Source of the DNA: Harriotta raleighana | Taxonomy: Eukaryota | DNA length: 64,000 nucleotides | Direction of reading: 5' to 3' | NCBI GenBank assembly: GCA_050575255.1 | Contig: JBNZDD010013634.1 | Location: 308,224 to 372,223 of the forward strand | Part shown: in pieces, positions 37,768 through 50,400 of the stretch | Layout: every line of letters begins with the position of its first letter | How positions within the stretch are numbered: the stretch's first letter is position 1 | Made by a program: the position numbers and the translations under genes | The notes under the pieces: model-generated | What the model was told of the DNA's origin: nothing | The model's input: the letters and a program-made list of their open reading frames with translations, nothing else | The model's database searches: none

Positions 37768-39354
37768 TTAAACGCATTTATGTGACAGTGTGCAAACATA
37801 TCATTGTTCACCTTTGGGATCTAAACTAAAATCTAGCTCAAAATGACAGGAATAAAGTGTCCTCAGAAATGAATACAACAAACAAAATTACATTTGTATA
37901 ACGCCTTTCACAAACCTATTCAGGTAAGTGACAATTTAAAGTTGTACAAGTTTAAAATAAAACTTTCCAGTAAGCATTCTGCCGGCAACACCGATTGGAG
38001 TAACAACTGGATTGGTACAATGTGCCATACATCTTACATCCCTGCATGTTACCATTTCTCTGGCAGGCTACCAGGAAATAAACCATTCACTGCATGTTGC
38101 AAACATGTTACGATAGAATCTCTCTCCAATCAAATGAAAACAGGTTGTAACTATTTAAGCCAAGCTTTTGGAATTGGGAAGGGGCCAGTCCTTAAAAACA
38201 AATGGTACATTACCGAAGGCTAATAATAATTGGAAGCTCACATTTGATGGTAAATTGTAGCAATCAATCTAATGCTTGACTGATAAATCAAGATATACAG
38301 CTTAATTTTCCAGTAGCAGCTGTCCAGGTAGTATTAAATGATAGAACTTATAAATTCCTTCAAAGCCCGGCACTTTCCTGGCTTTCTGATCTCCTCCTGT
38401 ACTACAATACTTCTCTGCTAACCTGTGGTATATGCACATGTTCACTCTTTCTCCTCCACCAACAGTTATTAAGCTTTTATGTTCTATGAAAACTCCAGAA
38501 TGCCCCCTCTACCCCCGATAGCTCACCCTTCTCTCAGTCTTTAAGTTCTGGCTTAAAACCTATTTCTGATCTCTATGCTCACCTTACCCATTCCTCTGGA
38601 CTCAGCACCCAACCTTGACATTATAAAGCATTCAGCCTACAAGATGGGCACTATATACACTAACTGCAAGTTATTATTATAGANATAAAGCATTCAGCCT
38701 ACAAGATGGGCACTATATACACTAACTGCAAGTTGTTATTATTATAGCGAACAGGAAGGTCCAGGTTGTTTTAGCTGATGTCAGCCAAAGTATTAGGGTT
38801 GGCCTTGGTGCCCCTTCAACAAAGAATATATATCACCCTTACCACTCCTCCCCCAATAAAATGAATATTTCTGTGACACTCACTGTACAGCTTTATTATT
38901 ATTATGACCTCAAGGATGGGATGTTTGAGCAAGATAATGGTCTTCAAACTTTCTCCACCACCCTCACATCCCCAGCTCCATCACATACTCGTTCCTCTTC
39001 CCCTCACACTCCCCAACCCCTCTATTGCGTACAACTCTTCATCCCCATCTTTACAGCCCCTCTTCACCCAACTATTACCCCTAGATACACTTTTATCATT
39101 TCATCATTTTACCCCAATCTCTTAGGCGCCCTCCCACCACCTGTGTTTAGGCTCTCGCCCATGTTTACAGACTCTCTCTCCTCCCAATGTTTGCTTTCTC
39201 TCCCAACAACCCCTGTACTTTTACTGGCTCCTTCCTCCATCTCATCCCCCAGGCGCTATACAAATGTAATTTGTCGTTGTTTGTTGTTTAGCCAGCGCCT
39301 TGGGACGACGTCTCGACGTGAAAGGCACTTTACAAATGTAATCTTGCTGTTGGT

Positions 39355-39925
39355 TACAGCCTCTGACCCTTCCACCCACCCTCGCCCCTTGTTTACAGCC
39401 TCTACTCCCCACCCACCCACCCACCCTCGCTCCTTGTTTATAGCCTCTACTCCCCACCCACCTACCCTAGCCCCTTATTTATAGCCTCTACTTCCCACCC
39501 ACTCCAGCCTTGTTCATAGCCTCTATTCCCCACCCACCTACCCTCGCTCCTTGTTTATAGCCTCTACTCCCCACCCACCTACCCTAGCCCCTTATTTATA
39601 GCCTCTACTTCCCACCCACTCCAGCCTTGTTCATAGCCTCTATTCCCCACCCACCTACCCTCGCTCCTTGTTTATAGCCTCTACTTCCCACCCACCCACC
39701 CTAGCCCCTTATTTATAGCCTCTACTCCCCACCCACCTACCCTCGCTCCTTGTTTATAGCCTCTACTCCCCACCCACCTACCCTAGCCCCTTGTTTATAG
39801 CCTCTACTGCCCACCCACTCCAGCCTTGTTCATAGCCTCTATTCCCCACCCACCCCAGCCCCTTGTTTGCAGTCTCTATCCTCATCCACCCTTGCCCCTT
39901 GTTCACAGTCCCCACCCACCCCCTT
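39355..39925. repeat. C-rich minisatellite, 35-45 bp units (TTGTTTATAGCCTCTACTCCCCACCCACCTACCCT...), in C11orf58 intron 1
   Basis: About 13 directly visible units; equivalent unit starts at 39434, 39551 and 39668 give a 117-bp higher-order period. Confidence 0.92.
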
Positions 39926-40069
39926 TACAGAGCCCAACCCCACGTGAAGTGCGCTATATAAAGGTAAGTTATTGTTTACACCTTCCATTCTCCCCCATTC
40001 CTCTGACACATACTCCCTCTGCTCCTGTCCCCAAACCTCACTCCCTGTGTTTACAGCCTGTCCCCCAAC

Positions 40070-40470
40070 ACCTCTCGCTGTTATTGTCTGGACTCAGCGC
40101 CAGGCTTAGGCCCAGGCCTCGGGCTCCACGACGCACCGAGAGGGAGAGATGCGAGATTGGAGGGGGGCAGGGAGAGCAGGAGAGGGAGGAAGCGATAGTT
40201 AACAGGCAATTACATTGGGTGAGGCGGGCCTCTTGGCGCCGTGCTCGGCTGCCCGCTCTCTCGGCGGCCTCCTGCCCGAGCTCATGGTGTGCGGTGCGGT
40301 TCGGCCCCCAGAATCCCGCTCCTCCCGCCGCTGTTGCTCACTGTCTTGCCCGCGACGACCAGTGGCCTCCGCGCCCGCACTGCACCCTGGGATTTGTAGT
40401 CCCGATTCCCGGCCGACACCGCGGCGCCGCCATCCCACCCGAGAACTACAACTCCCACTATGCACTGCGC
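40070..40470 (-). promoter_or_regulatory. CpG island / C11orf58 promoter with two ZNF143(SBS)-THAP11-type ACTACAnnTCCCA motifs
   Basis: The most CpG-dense stretch in the window; GGACTACAAATCCCAGGGTGCA on - (40381-40402) and AACTACAACTCCCACTATGCA on + (40444-40464). Confidence 0.85.
40214..40285 (-). CDS. C11orf58: C11orf58 / small acidic protein (SMAP) exon 1 (MSSGRRPPRERAAEHGAKRPASPN)
   Basis: ACCATG Kozak-like start in a CpG island, GTAATT donor; human MSAARESHPHGVKRSASPD. Confidence 0.88.
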
Positions 40471-40700
40471 TTACATACTGAGAGTGTTAATATGTGTGCT
40501 GTGTATATATANCGCCGCTGTTGCTCACTGTCTTGCCCGCGACGACCAGTGGCCTCCGCGCCCGCACTGCACCCTGGGATTTGTAGTCCCGATTCCCGGC
40601 CGACACCGCGGCGCCGCCATCCCACCCGAGAACTACAACTCCCAATATGCACTGCGCTTCCATACTGAGAGTGTTAATATGTGTGCTGTATATATATATA
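40326..40700. other. ~186-bp duplication across the N at 40512; probable uncollapsed haplotypes
   Basis: Copy 2 starts directly after the N and differs by a few substitutions and (TA)n length. The same pattern occurs at the Ns at 689, 38684 and 55581. Confidence 0.85.
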
Positions 40701-40745
40701 TTCACATGTAGGTTATATTGGCTCAGTTGAGCAGCTCTCAATGGA

Positions 40746-41129
40746 ATAAGGATAATCCTTTCATTTGAGGATTTTAAACATCTCAAAGCACTTCACAGAA
40801 TATCATCTGTCCAGCGCCTTGGGACGTCCTCCTGACGTGAAACGCGCTCTATAAATGTAATTTTGTTGATGTTGTTGTTGTATACTGTAAAATGAATTGA
40901 CTGTATATTTGCAGGCGAAATGCGGCACTCAATTGCGCACCGCCGTGTCCCACAAACAGTCATGGATCGGTGTGACCGATTTATAACAGTTTTTTTTTCT
41001 TCTTGTGCGATTATTATCAGGCATGTGGAGTAAGGAAACCTGCCTAAAGTTTCGCCCTGCCAGAAATCGAACAAAGCTCTCACAGGCTTGCAAGGCGAGT
41101 GCTCTAACCATTGAGCTGCAAGACTCCAC
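40746..41129 (-). mobile_element. tRNA-derived SINE interrupted by a short opposite-strand L2 tail (~40804-40880)
   Basis: Family head at 41129, tail at 40746; the insert GCGCCTTGGGACGTCCTCCTGACGTGAAA...(TTG)n splits the GAATAT|ACTG motif. Confidence 0.85.
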
Positions 41130-43884
41130 AAATAAGAAAGATAATAGTAATCCTTGCATTTGATATAGTGCCTTTGATATAGCGTCTCAATGCACTGCAC
41201 AGAAAATACTGTAAAGTTAATTGCTTAGATTTTGTGGGTGAATCGGATTGGGAATAACAACTACCAGTACTTGCATTTATATAGCACACATCAAAGGGGG
41301 TAGTGTCTCGGAGTGCTTAACAAGAGGTACTTATCCATCCAGTTCACTGGTTCATGCTATTATCTTTCCCAAAGGAGAGATTCAGATGAAGATGCTCCTT
41401 CAGCCCCCTTGATCTCATCCTTCCAACATACTCACCCCACTGTCCATCCATTTTCTTAAAACAAGTCCCGTAACCCTTGGCTTTAACAATACCTATTTCT
41501 GGTAACCAGCTCCAGTTGTTAGTTGCCCAATGTGTAAATTGTCTGCCCTAAAGATTCCTTTAGAAGCTCTAGAAATTTACATCGCATTTGAATTACTCCT
41601 TTTTAGATATCTATGTCGTTTGCAATTCAAAGCTAATATGGATTCTGTCTTGATCATTGGATGTGGGAGGGCATTCTATATCCTAACACAACTCTTATGT
41701 TGAAAAAAGCGTTGTCCTAATTCAACCACTTTGCTTATTTTCTTAAATTGATGTCCTTTGGATTGCCAGAGTGAGGAAAGGCGGAGTGGTTAACATATGA
41801 GCTTTGCTTGAGTGCAGCTGCCACATTTTCTTTTGGAAACTGACTATTTTTTCTCTGACTCTGAGGCAATGGGATTCCCAAAATAGTCTGGAGAAATTTC
41901 AGTGCTGGGAAACTCAGACTTATTTCATTTTGGGCCTATCTCCGACAGTCAGCCCACAATGAAAAACTGGTACAGTACTGTATAAAGGGCATAGTTTTTC
42001 TAGGCTGGAAAATCACCACCTTAATTAATATAAAGCTGGCGGTTGTAAAGCTACTCTTACTGCAGGGCTCTGGTCCCACAGGTCTCTGGTATTATATTAT
42101 AATATTGTACTGCAGTAATAAACTTTGCATTTCATGTTGTGCCTGTTAATCTGGGCCAATAGAAAAGTATGGCTGCAATTTTTCCACGGAATCTGCAATA
42201 AACCATACCCTCCGCAATAACAACAATAAAGTTTCTGGCCCCAGGCCTCCCAGCTGTTTACCCGACATCACTGTGGGCAGCTATAAGCAATGCAGCATGA
42301 TGGAACTACGAGATACAAGGAGCTAACACTTGAACCCTCATATAGGACCGACAGCTGGTGACGTACATCTTGGAGGAATGACCCTCAACAGTCTGCAAAG
42401 CGAAAAGCAGACCAGGTAGAATCTGTGATAGTTTTGTGTTTCTCTCCTCTGTTTGTATCTATGTGAGGGTGTCTCTCCTATGTATGTGTTTGTGAGTGTC
42501 TGTGTTAGTGTGTCTTTCTATGCGTGTTTGTGAGTATCTATGTGAGCATGTCTCCACAATGTACAGACTAGATCAAAAGGGAGGTTGGTATGAATTTGAA
42601 GTGCCATCCGTTGCTGAGACGTTAACCCAAGATTCCATTTGCCTTCGCTGTCTACCTTTGCGCTAAAGATCCCATGGCATTATTTGAAAAGAGAACGATT
42701 TTTCCAGGATTCTTCCTGGTTTCCGAGCCAAAAAAAATCCAGATAAAATTAGTCATTCACTTAATGGCTATTTGTGGGGCATTGCTGTGCACAAATTGCT
42801 TGCCTACAAATATACAGTCACTTTACAGTAAACCTGTGAATCGCTTTAAGGCAGTTTGACAACGTAATAAGGTGCTGTATCAAATGCAGAGATTATTATT
42901 ATTACATTCTTCATTTCAAACGTTCATTAGAAATTTACTTTTGAAATTGCCCCTAGTCAGTGGTATCAGTCCATCATCTCTAGTTTATGATCTTGGAACT
43001 GAACTTGTCGCATGTTAAAATGGTTTAAGCTTTTTCAATTAGTTAACAGATTTTCACATAAAAATTTCAACTAAATTGTAAAAGATTTTTCATAATAGCC
43101 AATTAAGGCTGACTGTGCCAGAACATTTCAATGATTACAACAAAACTTATTGGCTAAATACTTTGTCAGGGCTTGCAAACAGATTTACAGGTCCCACGAC
43201 ACTGTTCATAATGTAGTTTAGCCTCATTATAACAAATTGCATCTGTAATTATTCTGACAGGAACAGGAAGTGTCAATGGTGCCATCAAAATTTCCCAGAT
43301 ATGCTTTCAACACATGGGAAGCAATTGAAACACACAGGGCGAAAAGAGATGATTTATTTCTCTGTGGTGCCTCTTGCAGGGTATGGAAGAAGTAAAATAA
43401 ACCTCAGGGAGAAGAAACATTTAGCTGATTTACTGTAACAAGGAAGATGTATTAACAATACACTCTACCCTCTCCTGTACACTCTGACTTTCACTTGAGT
43501 GTTGGAAACCCTCAACTGCCAAATGCAAATTCCTTTATGCTCTGGCACCCCCCTACGATTCCAACCTGCTTACTCCACAACCCGCTGTCGCCCCTCGACT
43601 TCTAGCTAGTGCCCTCTGTTCCACCATTGGTGGCCGCGCTTTCAGCCACTGTACCCCGAAACTCTGGAACACTTCAGCTCGGGCCTGAAGACATTCCTGT
43701 TTGACTGTATGTATGGTCACCTCCCTCATCTCTACCATGTCTCAAGTGCTGTGTGACTCTACCCTGTGTGAGGAGCTACATAAATACAAGTTGTTGTCTA
43801 AGTGACCGTTCTCCACACGTAAGCCTAGATAATAAGGATTTTCCCATTACTTTACGATCCTTGGTATAACATGGCATGCTTCCT

Positions 43885-44277
43885 GTATGTGACCTTTAAA
43901 GCCCTCCGTGGCCTTGCCCCACCCTGCAACCTCCTAACCCCCTACCAACCTGTGCCTTCCCTCCGCTCAGTGGGCTCCAGTCTGCTCTATGACCCCAACC
44001 GACCCGCACCACCATTGGTGGACATTCAGCCACTCTGCCCCCAACCTCTGGAATTCTATCCCTCAATCCCTCCGCCTCACCCCCTCCTTAGCCTCCTTCA
44101 AGTCCCACCTCAAGACGCTCCTTTTCAATGGTTCCATTGGTCACCCCCTTCCCCTCGTTTGCCTCCACCCGCCCCGATCCCAACCCCAGCTCAGGTCTGA
44201 AACACTACCGATCCAGTGCCTTGGGACGTCTTCCTGATGTGAAAGGCGCTCCACAAATTTAATTTTCTTCTTGTTGT
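43885..44277 (+). mobile_element. L2 3' fragment
   Basis: TFKALRGLAPP.NLLTPYQPVPSLRS and FSHSAPNLWNSIPQSLRLTPSLASFKSHLKTLLF; typical L2 tail GTGAAAGGCGCT...TTGTTG. Other L2 ends at ~35140-35365(+), 43560-43797(+), 49740-49980(-), 51205-51500(-), 58310-58525(+), 60085-60430(-). Confidence 0.85.
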
Positions 44278-44745
44278 GACATAATCAGGTTTCTACAACA
44301 CATTGTAGGAAGGTAGCCAGTCTCTGGTGAGTATTTTGAAATGTTTACAACTGTTCGAATGCCTTCTTGCGCTCAATGCACTTGCACAGGACGCTGGCCA
44401 ACCTGTGCTGCAAGTGACATTAGCTGTGATGTGTGAGCAGAAAACAGGGCCAGAGGGATATTTTATTTTACAAACTGCTGGAACGCAGGAACCCAAACCA
44501 TGTCCGCCTGGTCATGGAAGTGGGGACATAGTGTTTCGTTGAAAGGATGCCACCTCTAGCAATGCAGCACACCCCAGCACTGCACTGGAGAGCCAGCCTA
44601 AACTATGAGCATCGAGTCCTCATGCAAGGCTTGAATATAGCGCCCTCCATGGGCAGCATCTCAGAGCACTTCAATTTGAGGTGTCCACAATCTTCTGACC
44701 CAGAGGTGAGAGTGCTACCAAAGAAGTCTGGCTGATCAAGATCTG

Positions 44746-45018
44746 AATAATAATAATAATCCTTGAATTTAATATAGCATTTTTCTCATCTTCTAGATGT
44801 CTCAAAGCCGCTTCACAGAACAAACTGTATATTTCTGGGCGAAACACAGCAGTCAATTGCACAAAGCAGTGTCTCACAAACAGTCGTGGATTGAAATGAA
44901 CAATTTTTCTTTCAAGGATTATTATGTGGGGTAAGAAAACTTACCCAAGATTTCACCCTGCCTGAAGTTGAACCCAGGTCTCTCACTTGTAATGCGAGTG
45001 TTCTAACCATTGATCTGC
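44746..45018 (-). mobile_element. tRNA-derived SINE
   Basis: Reverse-complement head, body and (ATT)n tail of the same family. Confidence 0.85.
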
Positions 45019-45635
45019 ATGTCAGGAGGACAGCCTTGAGACATCCTCCTGACATGAAAGGTGCTATACAAGTGTAATTTTGTTACTGTTGTCTTATAAA
45101 CCTAAAGGAGGACTTTGGGATTGCTTTGGTATTCTGACATGATTTTGAAAGCTTCCTAAAATGTTAGCAACAAAACAAATACGCCTGCAGTCCATAAATG
45201 GGCAAGACATGAGTGTGCGGTTATACAGTAATAAGGGTGCTTTGGCAAGGTTGCAATGCTTGACATTGGTTCAAATCAGCCTTAGGAATTGGGTGTGGCA
45301 GCCTGTCAGCCTGCCATCAGCATAGCCTAAACCTGACCACACTCCCACTTCCGATTTATTTAAGCGGGACATGGAGCTGTATATGAAAAAAAAATACGCT
45401 GCCAGCAATTGTACAGACTCCAGCGAGTCTGTTCAACAAACAGAAAACCAAACTGTGAAGTCATCGATGGGGGTCGGTGACTAGGATTAACCCTTTGGAG
45501 GGTTTTCAACACCAGGGGCCAGATACCACAACAGCTCCATATACCAAGGGAATCAGAGAGGTGGCAGAGTAAATGGAATTTCTACTGGTTCGTACGTCTC
45601 AATTCCACATTAGGTGGTGCAGCTATTCTCGTAAG

Positions 45636-46075
45636 TGTCAATTTGGCACAGTTGGTAGTACACACACCTTTGAGGCAGAAGGTTTCGGGTTCAAGTCTCA
45701 CAGTTCTAAAGGTCGGGGATTTTTAACCTGCTTATCTATCCTGACAGTGTTGGGCTGAGCGCTGTATTGTTGCAGGTGTCCGGATACAAATGAGACTTTT
45801 AACCCGAGCTCTCGTCTGCCTATTTAGCCAGACATTAAAGAACTCACAAACACTATTTAAAAGGAGAGAAGAGATTCTCCAGGTGTGCTGGACAACAACA
45901 ATCCTCCAGGTAAATCAATCATTCACCTCCTAACTTTGAAGGGCACTGCGGTGTGTAAATTGGCTGCAGCATTCACCTATAAATGTCACGTCACTTCAAT
46001 TAAAATTAACTGGGGTTATGCACTTGGACACTTTTTCATGTGGTAAGGTGCTACTGTGTGTGAAACGCAAGGACT
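45636..46075 (+). mobile_element. Older Deu-domain SINE
   Basis: Head GGCACAGTTGGTAG...GGGTTCAAGTC, core ATGAGACTTTTAACCCGAG...CATTAAAGA, decayed tail. Confidence 0.7.
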
Positions 46076-46177
46076 TTTAGTAATAAGTAATTGTTTATCT
46101 TAAGAAACAAACACTGAAGTAAGCACTTGAAGTTAACCCCCAAATATTTCTTTGCAGGAAATTGCTGACCTTTATTC

Positions 46178-46491
46178 GTGGAGTCCTGTAGCTCAGTGGT
46201 TAGAGCACTCGTCTTACAAACGTGAGACCAGTGTTCGAATCCAGGCAGGTCAGGACCAAACCTTGGTAAGTTTCCTTACTTCACATGCCTAACAATAATC
46301 CCTCCAAAAAAACAATAATAAAATTGGTCATTTCAATCCACGGGACACTGCTGTGCACAATTGGCTGCCGTATTTAACCCACAAATATAGAGTCAATTCA
46401 CTTTGCAGTACATTATATTCTCTGAAGCACTTTGAGATGACTAGAAGAAGTGAAAAGCGCTATATCAAACGCAAGGATTATTATTATTATT
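46178..46491 (+). mobile_element. tRNA-derived SINE, full length
   Basis: GTGGAGTCCTGTAGCTCAGTGGTTAGAGCAC...GTTCGAATCC...GCGCTATATCAAACGCAAGG(ATT)n. Confidence 0.9.
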
Positions 46492-47269
46492 CTTCTTCAC
46501 TGGAGAGCATGACAGGCTGGATGAAATTCCCAGTGGGAATTCAGATGGAAAAAATTGCATTTATATAGTGCTCTTCACACAGGGCAGTGTCTCTGAGTTC
46601 TTGGTCCTACCAAAGTATACCAGTGTATTCATATACCAAATTCAATAACCATAGTTAATGTTTGTTAGTACCCAACTGATAGGATCCTGAAGCATTTTCA
46701 GTTTAAAGCTACCTGAACAAGCAGCTTACATCAATACAGCAAAAACTCTGATGTTGAAAAGAGTGGAAGGGACGATAAGATCATTCAGGAAGCTAGAGGG
46801 TGGAATTGCTCTAGGCACAGATCTTTGAAGCCTTAAGGTTCCAGTAGCAGAAACAATAGTGATCCTTGCATTTGATATAGCATCTTATTGCGTTGCCAAG
46901 ACATTCACGGCACTTCATAGGATTTTAAAAGAACGTAAGAATTTACTAAGTAAAAGAACACCAAGGTCCATCTATAAGATCATAGATCTAGTTATCTAGT
47001 TTGTTTTCCAGCAACCTGGCAGTCGCTTGACATGTTGTGTTGGAAACTATAGACCGTATCCCAAGATATTCTTTTCTAGCAGAAATCTATCCAATTTGTT
47101 CTTGAAACAAATTATATTTTCTGCTTCCACTATCTCCCAAGGGAGCATGTCCATAAGTTTTGTACTCTCTCACTGAAGTAGTGTTTCCGCGGATTTGTTC
47201 TGAATTTACTTCCCGTCAGTTGTACAATTTTACTGTAGATTGTAGTAAATTGTGTATTTTATTGGTTAA

Positions 47270-47460
47270 ATGCAGGAGGCAATTTGCACCCAGCCGTGTC
47301 CCACAAACAACCATGAGGTGAACGACCAATTTATTTTGAGGGATTGTTGGCCAGGTTTCTGGATCTTGATTGCTCGCCTGAAAAGGCAGATGGGGGTTCG
47401 GTTTAACGTCTCATCCAAAGGACAGCATCTCCAACAATGCAGCGTACCCTTCACCTCAGC
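47270..47460 (-). mobile_element. Deu-domain SINE fragment
   Basis: CGGTTTAACGTCTCATCCAAAGGACAGCA is the reverse-complement Deu core; similar fragments at ~5385-5580(+), 9626-9930(+), 24400-24570(-), 42600-42905(+), 54045-54330(-). Confidence 0.7.
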
Positions 47461-50400
47461 GCAAAATATAATTGAAAGCACAAACCGTTCCCTTATGTTA
47501 GCAGGGAGTGTGCATGGCAAACCCAATTTTGAATAAAGTAAAACTGGCATAAGTCTGATCTGTATAAGTTGTCTATTCGCCCAGATTGTATATCTGTTGA
47601 GTTCATGAGTTTATATTCCCTGCATGTTTGACATAATTTACACTGTGCATAAGTCGGATTAAAGGTATGGTCCCAACTGATACTACTCATGTAAAGTTTA
47701 CTGTACCTTTTTGTTTTGAAAATGGCGCCTTTGATGATCCTTTGATATAATTCATTTATGAACTGGACACGAGTTAGACCATGGAAAAGAAACATCAATT
47801 TCCATGCTGCTACCCAATGCTGTTTTGGAATTTGATTAGAAGTCAATGAGCTTGAGCAAATTGAACAGGACCAGATTGATTAAAAATTTACAGCCCCCTT
47901 AAGGTCTGGTAAGCGTTTGCAGGCAGATCAGGCAGTAAAACTACTTTTCAAACCAAATTTATACTCCTGAAATGTGTGTTATACACTCCACACTATCTAC
48001 TCATGTAAGCACAGGAGGGAAAGGAAAATTGCCTGTGGCATTTACTGCTGTCTGGTAATTTCTTTTACATTCTAAGCACCAGGCGTGCTTAGTTTCTAAG
48101 AAAAAAGAGAGAAAGGCTTTTAGTTCTTGCCAGAGCCAAGACAACCTTGTACTCGCATGGAAAGGATCCAGGTTCTTTACTTGTTAGAAATAACAGCTAT
48201 ATTTCCTGTACTTATTTCACATAAGAGTGTGAGAGATACAAGAGCCAGAGAACCATAAACTGCAGAGTCACTTAACGCTATGTATATACCTGCACAGAAA
48301 TATGTGCATTTCCTAGAAATGCTTGATCCCTGGAGTACAGACGAGCAACTCTTGTTACTTTGCAAATGCTGTAGACTGTGATGGTTTATATTAGGTAAAG
48401 GCGGGTTAGCTGTCAGTGGTGGCCAATCAGTAACCTGCGGGCCGGAAGTGACCAACGGGGCCGTCAAGGATTTGGTATCAAACCTTAGGCCAGGACTTGG
48501 AATCATAAATAGTCCAATGCAGTGCTGGGGTGTGTTGCATTGTCAGAGGTTCTATAACTAAACTCAAGGAGTATAAATAAATTACAATAATAATTATTCC
48601 ATTTGGTGTAAAGGGTTTCACATGGGGAGGATATCTAAAAAAAAGCTTCACAGTATTTACTGCATTATCATAGTAATAAAAATCAAATGAATTTCATCAA
48701 TTTGTATGGTTCTTGCTTGAATTTGTTTTTAAAACAAACCTCTCATTCCTCCGATATTTATAGCTATCCCATGTCCCAAATGCCCTACTTCAGGTTGCAA
48801 GTTGCAGCAGTTTGGATACAGGCTAATCTGAGACTAAAGTCAGACCATTTTTGTGTTGTTTAATATTTGTTTCACCCACAAAATAAACAGTCTATTCATT
48901 TTCCAGTATATTCTGTGGAGCACTTTGAGACGACTCAACGATGACAATGTAATAAAACTCTTATGTCAAATCCAAGGATTATTATTATTATTATAAGAGA
49001 ATTTCAGATGAAGAAAGCTCTTCTGCCTTTTTGATACTCATTCTTATGGAATACCCACCTTATTGTCTATCCACAGTATCCACTTTATTATCCAACCAGA
49101 ATATCCATCCTAACTCCCATTCATAATATCTGCTCGAAGGTCCTCCCATTGCAACATTATCCAGTTTTGCAAATGATTCTCCGCATCCTAATTATGAAGC
49201 AAAATTGTCTTGTTTGCTAAAATTGGATGAAATTTGGGCATTTGAAAGCGTTAATATCGACTGGAGTAACATGCGCCAGTTGTATTTAGAACACAACCAG
49301 TCTGATTCACATTTCACACTTTATGTCTAGTGACTTTATTCTTGCTTTCAAACATATATTGCTTCCACTTGACACCAACTCACCACATGGATGCAAACTA
49401 GCCAGAGCTCCTGTGCTCCAGTGCAAACTGTGTTTCTAATTATCTTTGTAACATTTGCAATATTGCAATATCTACATTTAGAGTAAAGTTACACCAAATT
49501 TGACGATTATATCAGCATTATTTGGAAACATGAGGTCGGACAAATTTAATATGTTTCCAACAGGGCGATTCAAGATGCTCTCCACCCATCCCACCCACTC
49601 AAACTGCTACCTCTGAGGACTGGGTATCAGCCCAGCTCAGCTTCGTTGGACATGCATCACTGTTGCTTTACTGATTCTTTCTTCCACTTATATAAGAGGA
49701 TCACGAGGGGTGGAGGATGGGTGTAGGAGTGTGTTCAAAGGCACATTTGAAGAGGAGGATCTTTAGACGATCTTTGAAGGAGGCAAGCAAGGGAGGGAGT
49801 GAGACGAATGGGATGGAGTAGGGTGGGGACAGCAAGGCTGAAGATCCAATTACCAACAGTGGGGTAGAGCAAGTCACAGTACATGGAGCAGGCCAGAGTT
49901 GACTGAATAGAGGGAATGGACAGGTCAGGAGATTGGGAGAAGAAAGGCTATGAAAGGCTTTGAAAGCCAGGACGAGGTTTGTTTGCCATCTATAATTACC
50001 CTAGGGACAAAGCAGTAGCTCAACTGCAACCCAAGCTGGTGTGAATTTGGTTTGGGTTTGGAGCGGAATTTTGGGAAACAATTTGGATCCGACTGATTTA
50101 AAATCTCGAGCTTGATTTACGAGATTGTATGTTTTGGTGAGGGATGCCTGTGCGTTCTAATTGCCCTGGTGTTAATGTGTTCACAGTTCTTTTTCGTACG
50201 TGGTCTGCTGTTAAGATTATTTGGGGCCCCTGGAAGGAAGCTTATATGGGCTTTTTTCCAATATTACTGTAAAGAGCTTGAATGGCACTAACTGCTGCGG
50301 AGACACCTCAGTAAACTCAGGCTGCAAACCTGGTGAAATTCATGGCAACATCTCTCTGTTAAACTGGGCAATCACATTATCATGAATTTCTCTTTCCCTG

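Noticed and set aside
38861-39484. 207-aa ORF (+)
   Set aside because: Low-complexity C/T-rich sequence, L2 tails and minisatellite; antisense within C11orf58 intron 1.
39355-39925. Regularly spaced repeats reminiscent of a CRISPR array
   Set aside because: The inter-repeat parts are themselves repetitive rather than unique spacers; vertebrate context and no cas genes.
39826-40668. Longest ORF in the window (280 aa, +)
   Set aside because: It is made of minisatellite, the antisense CpG island and an N-gap duplicate; the open frame is explained by GC richness.
46180-46250. tRNA-like sequences (also at 10163, 24660, 34465, 37190, 41060, 44960)
   Set aside because: They have A/B boxes but no proper acceptor stem and run into a common SINE body and tail, so they are SINE heads and not tRNA genes.
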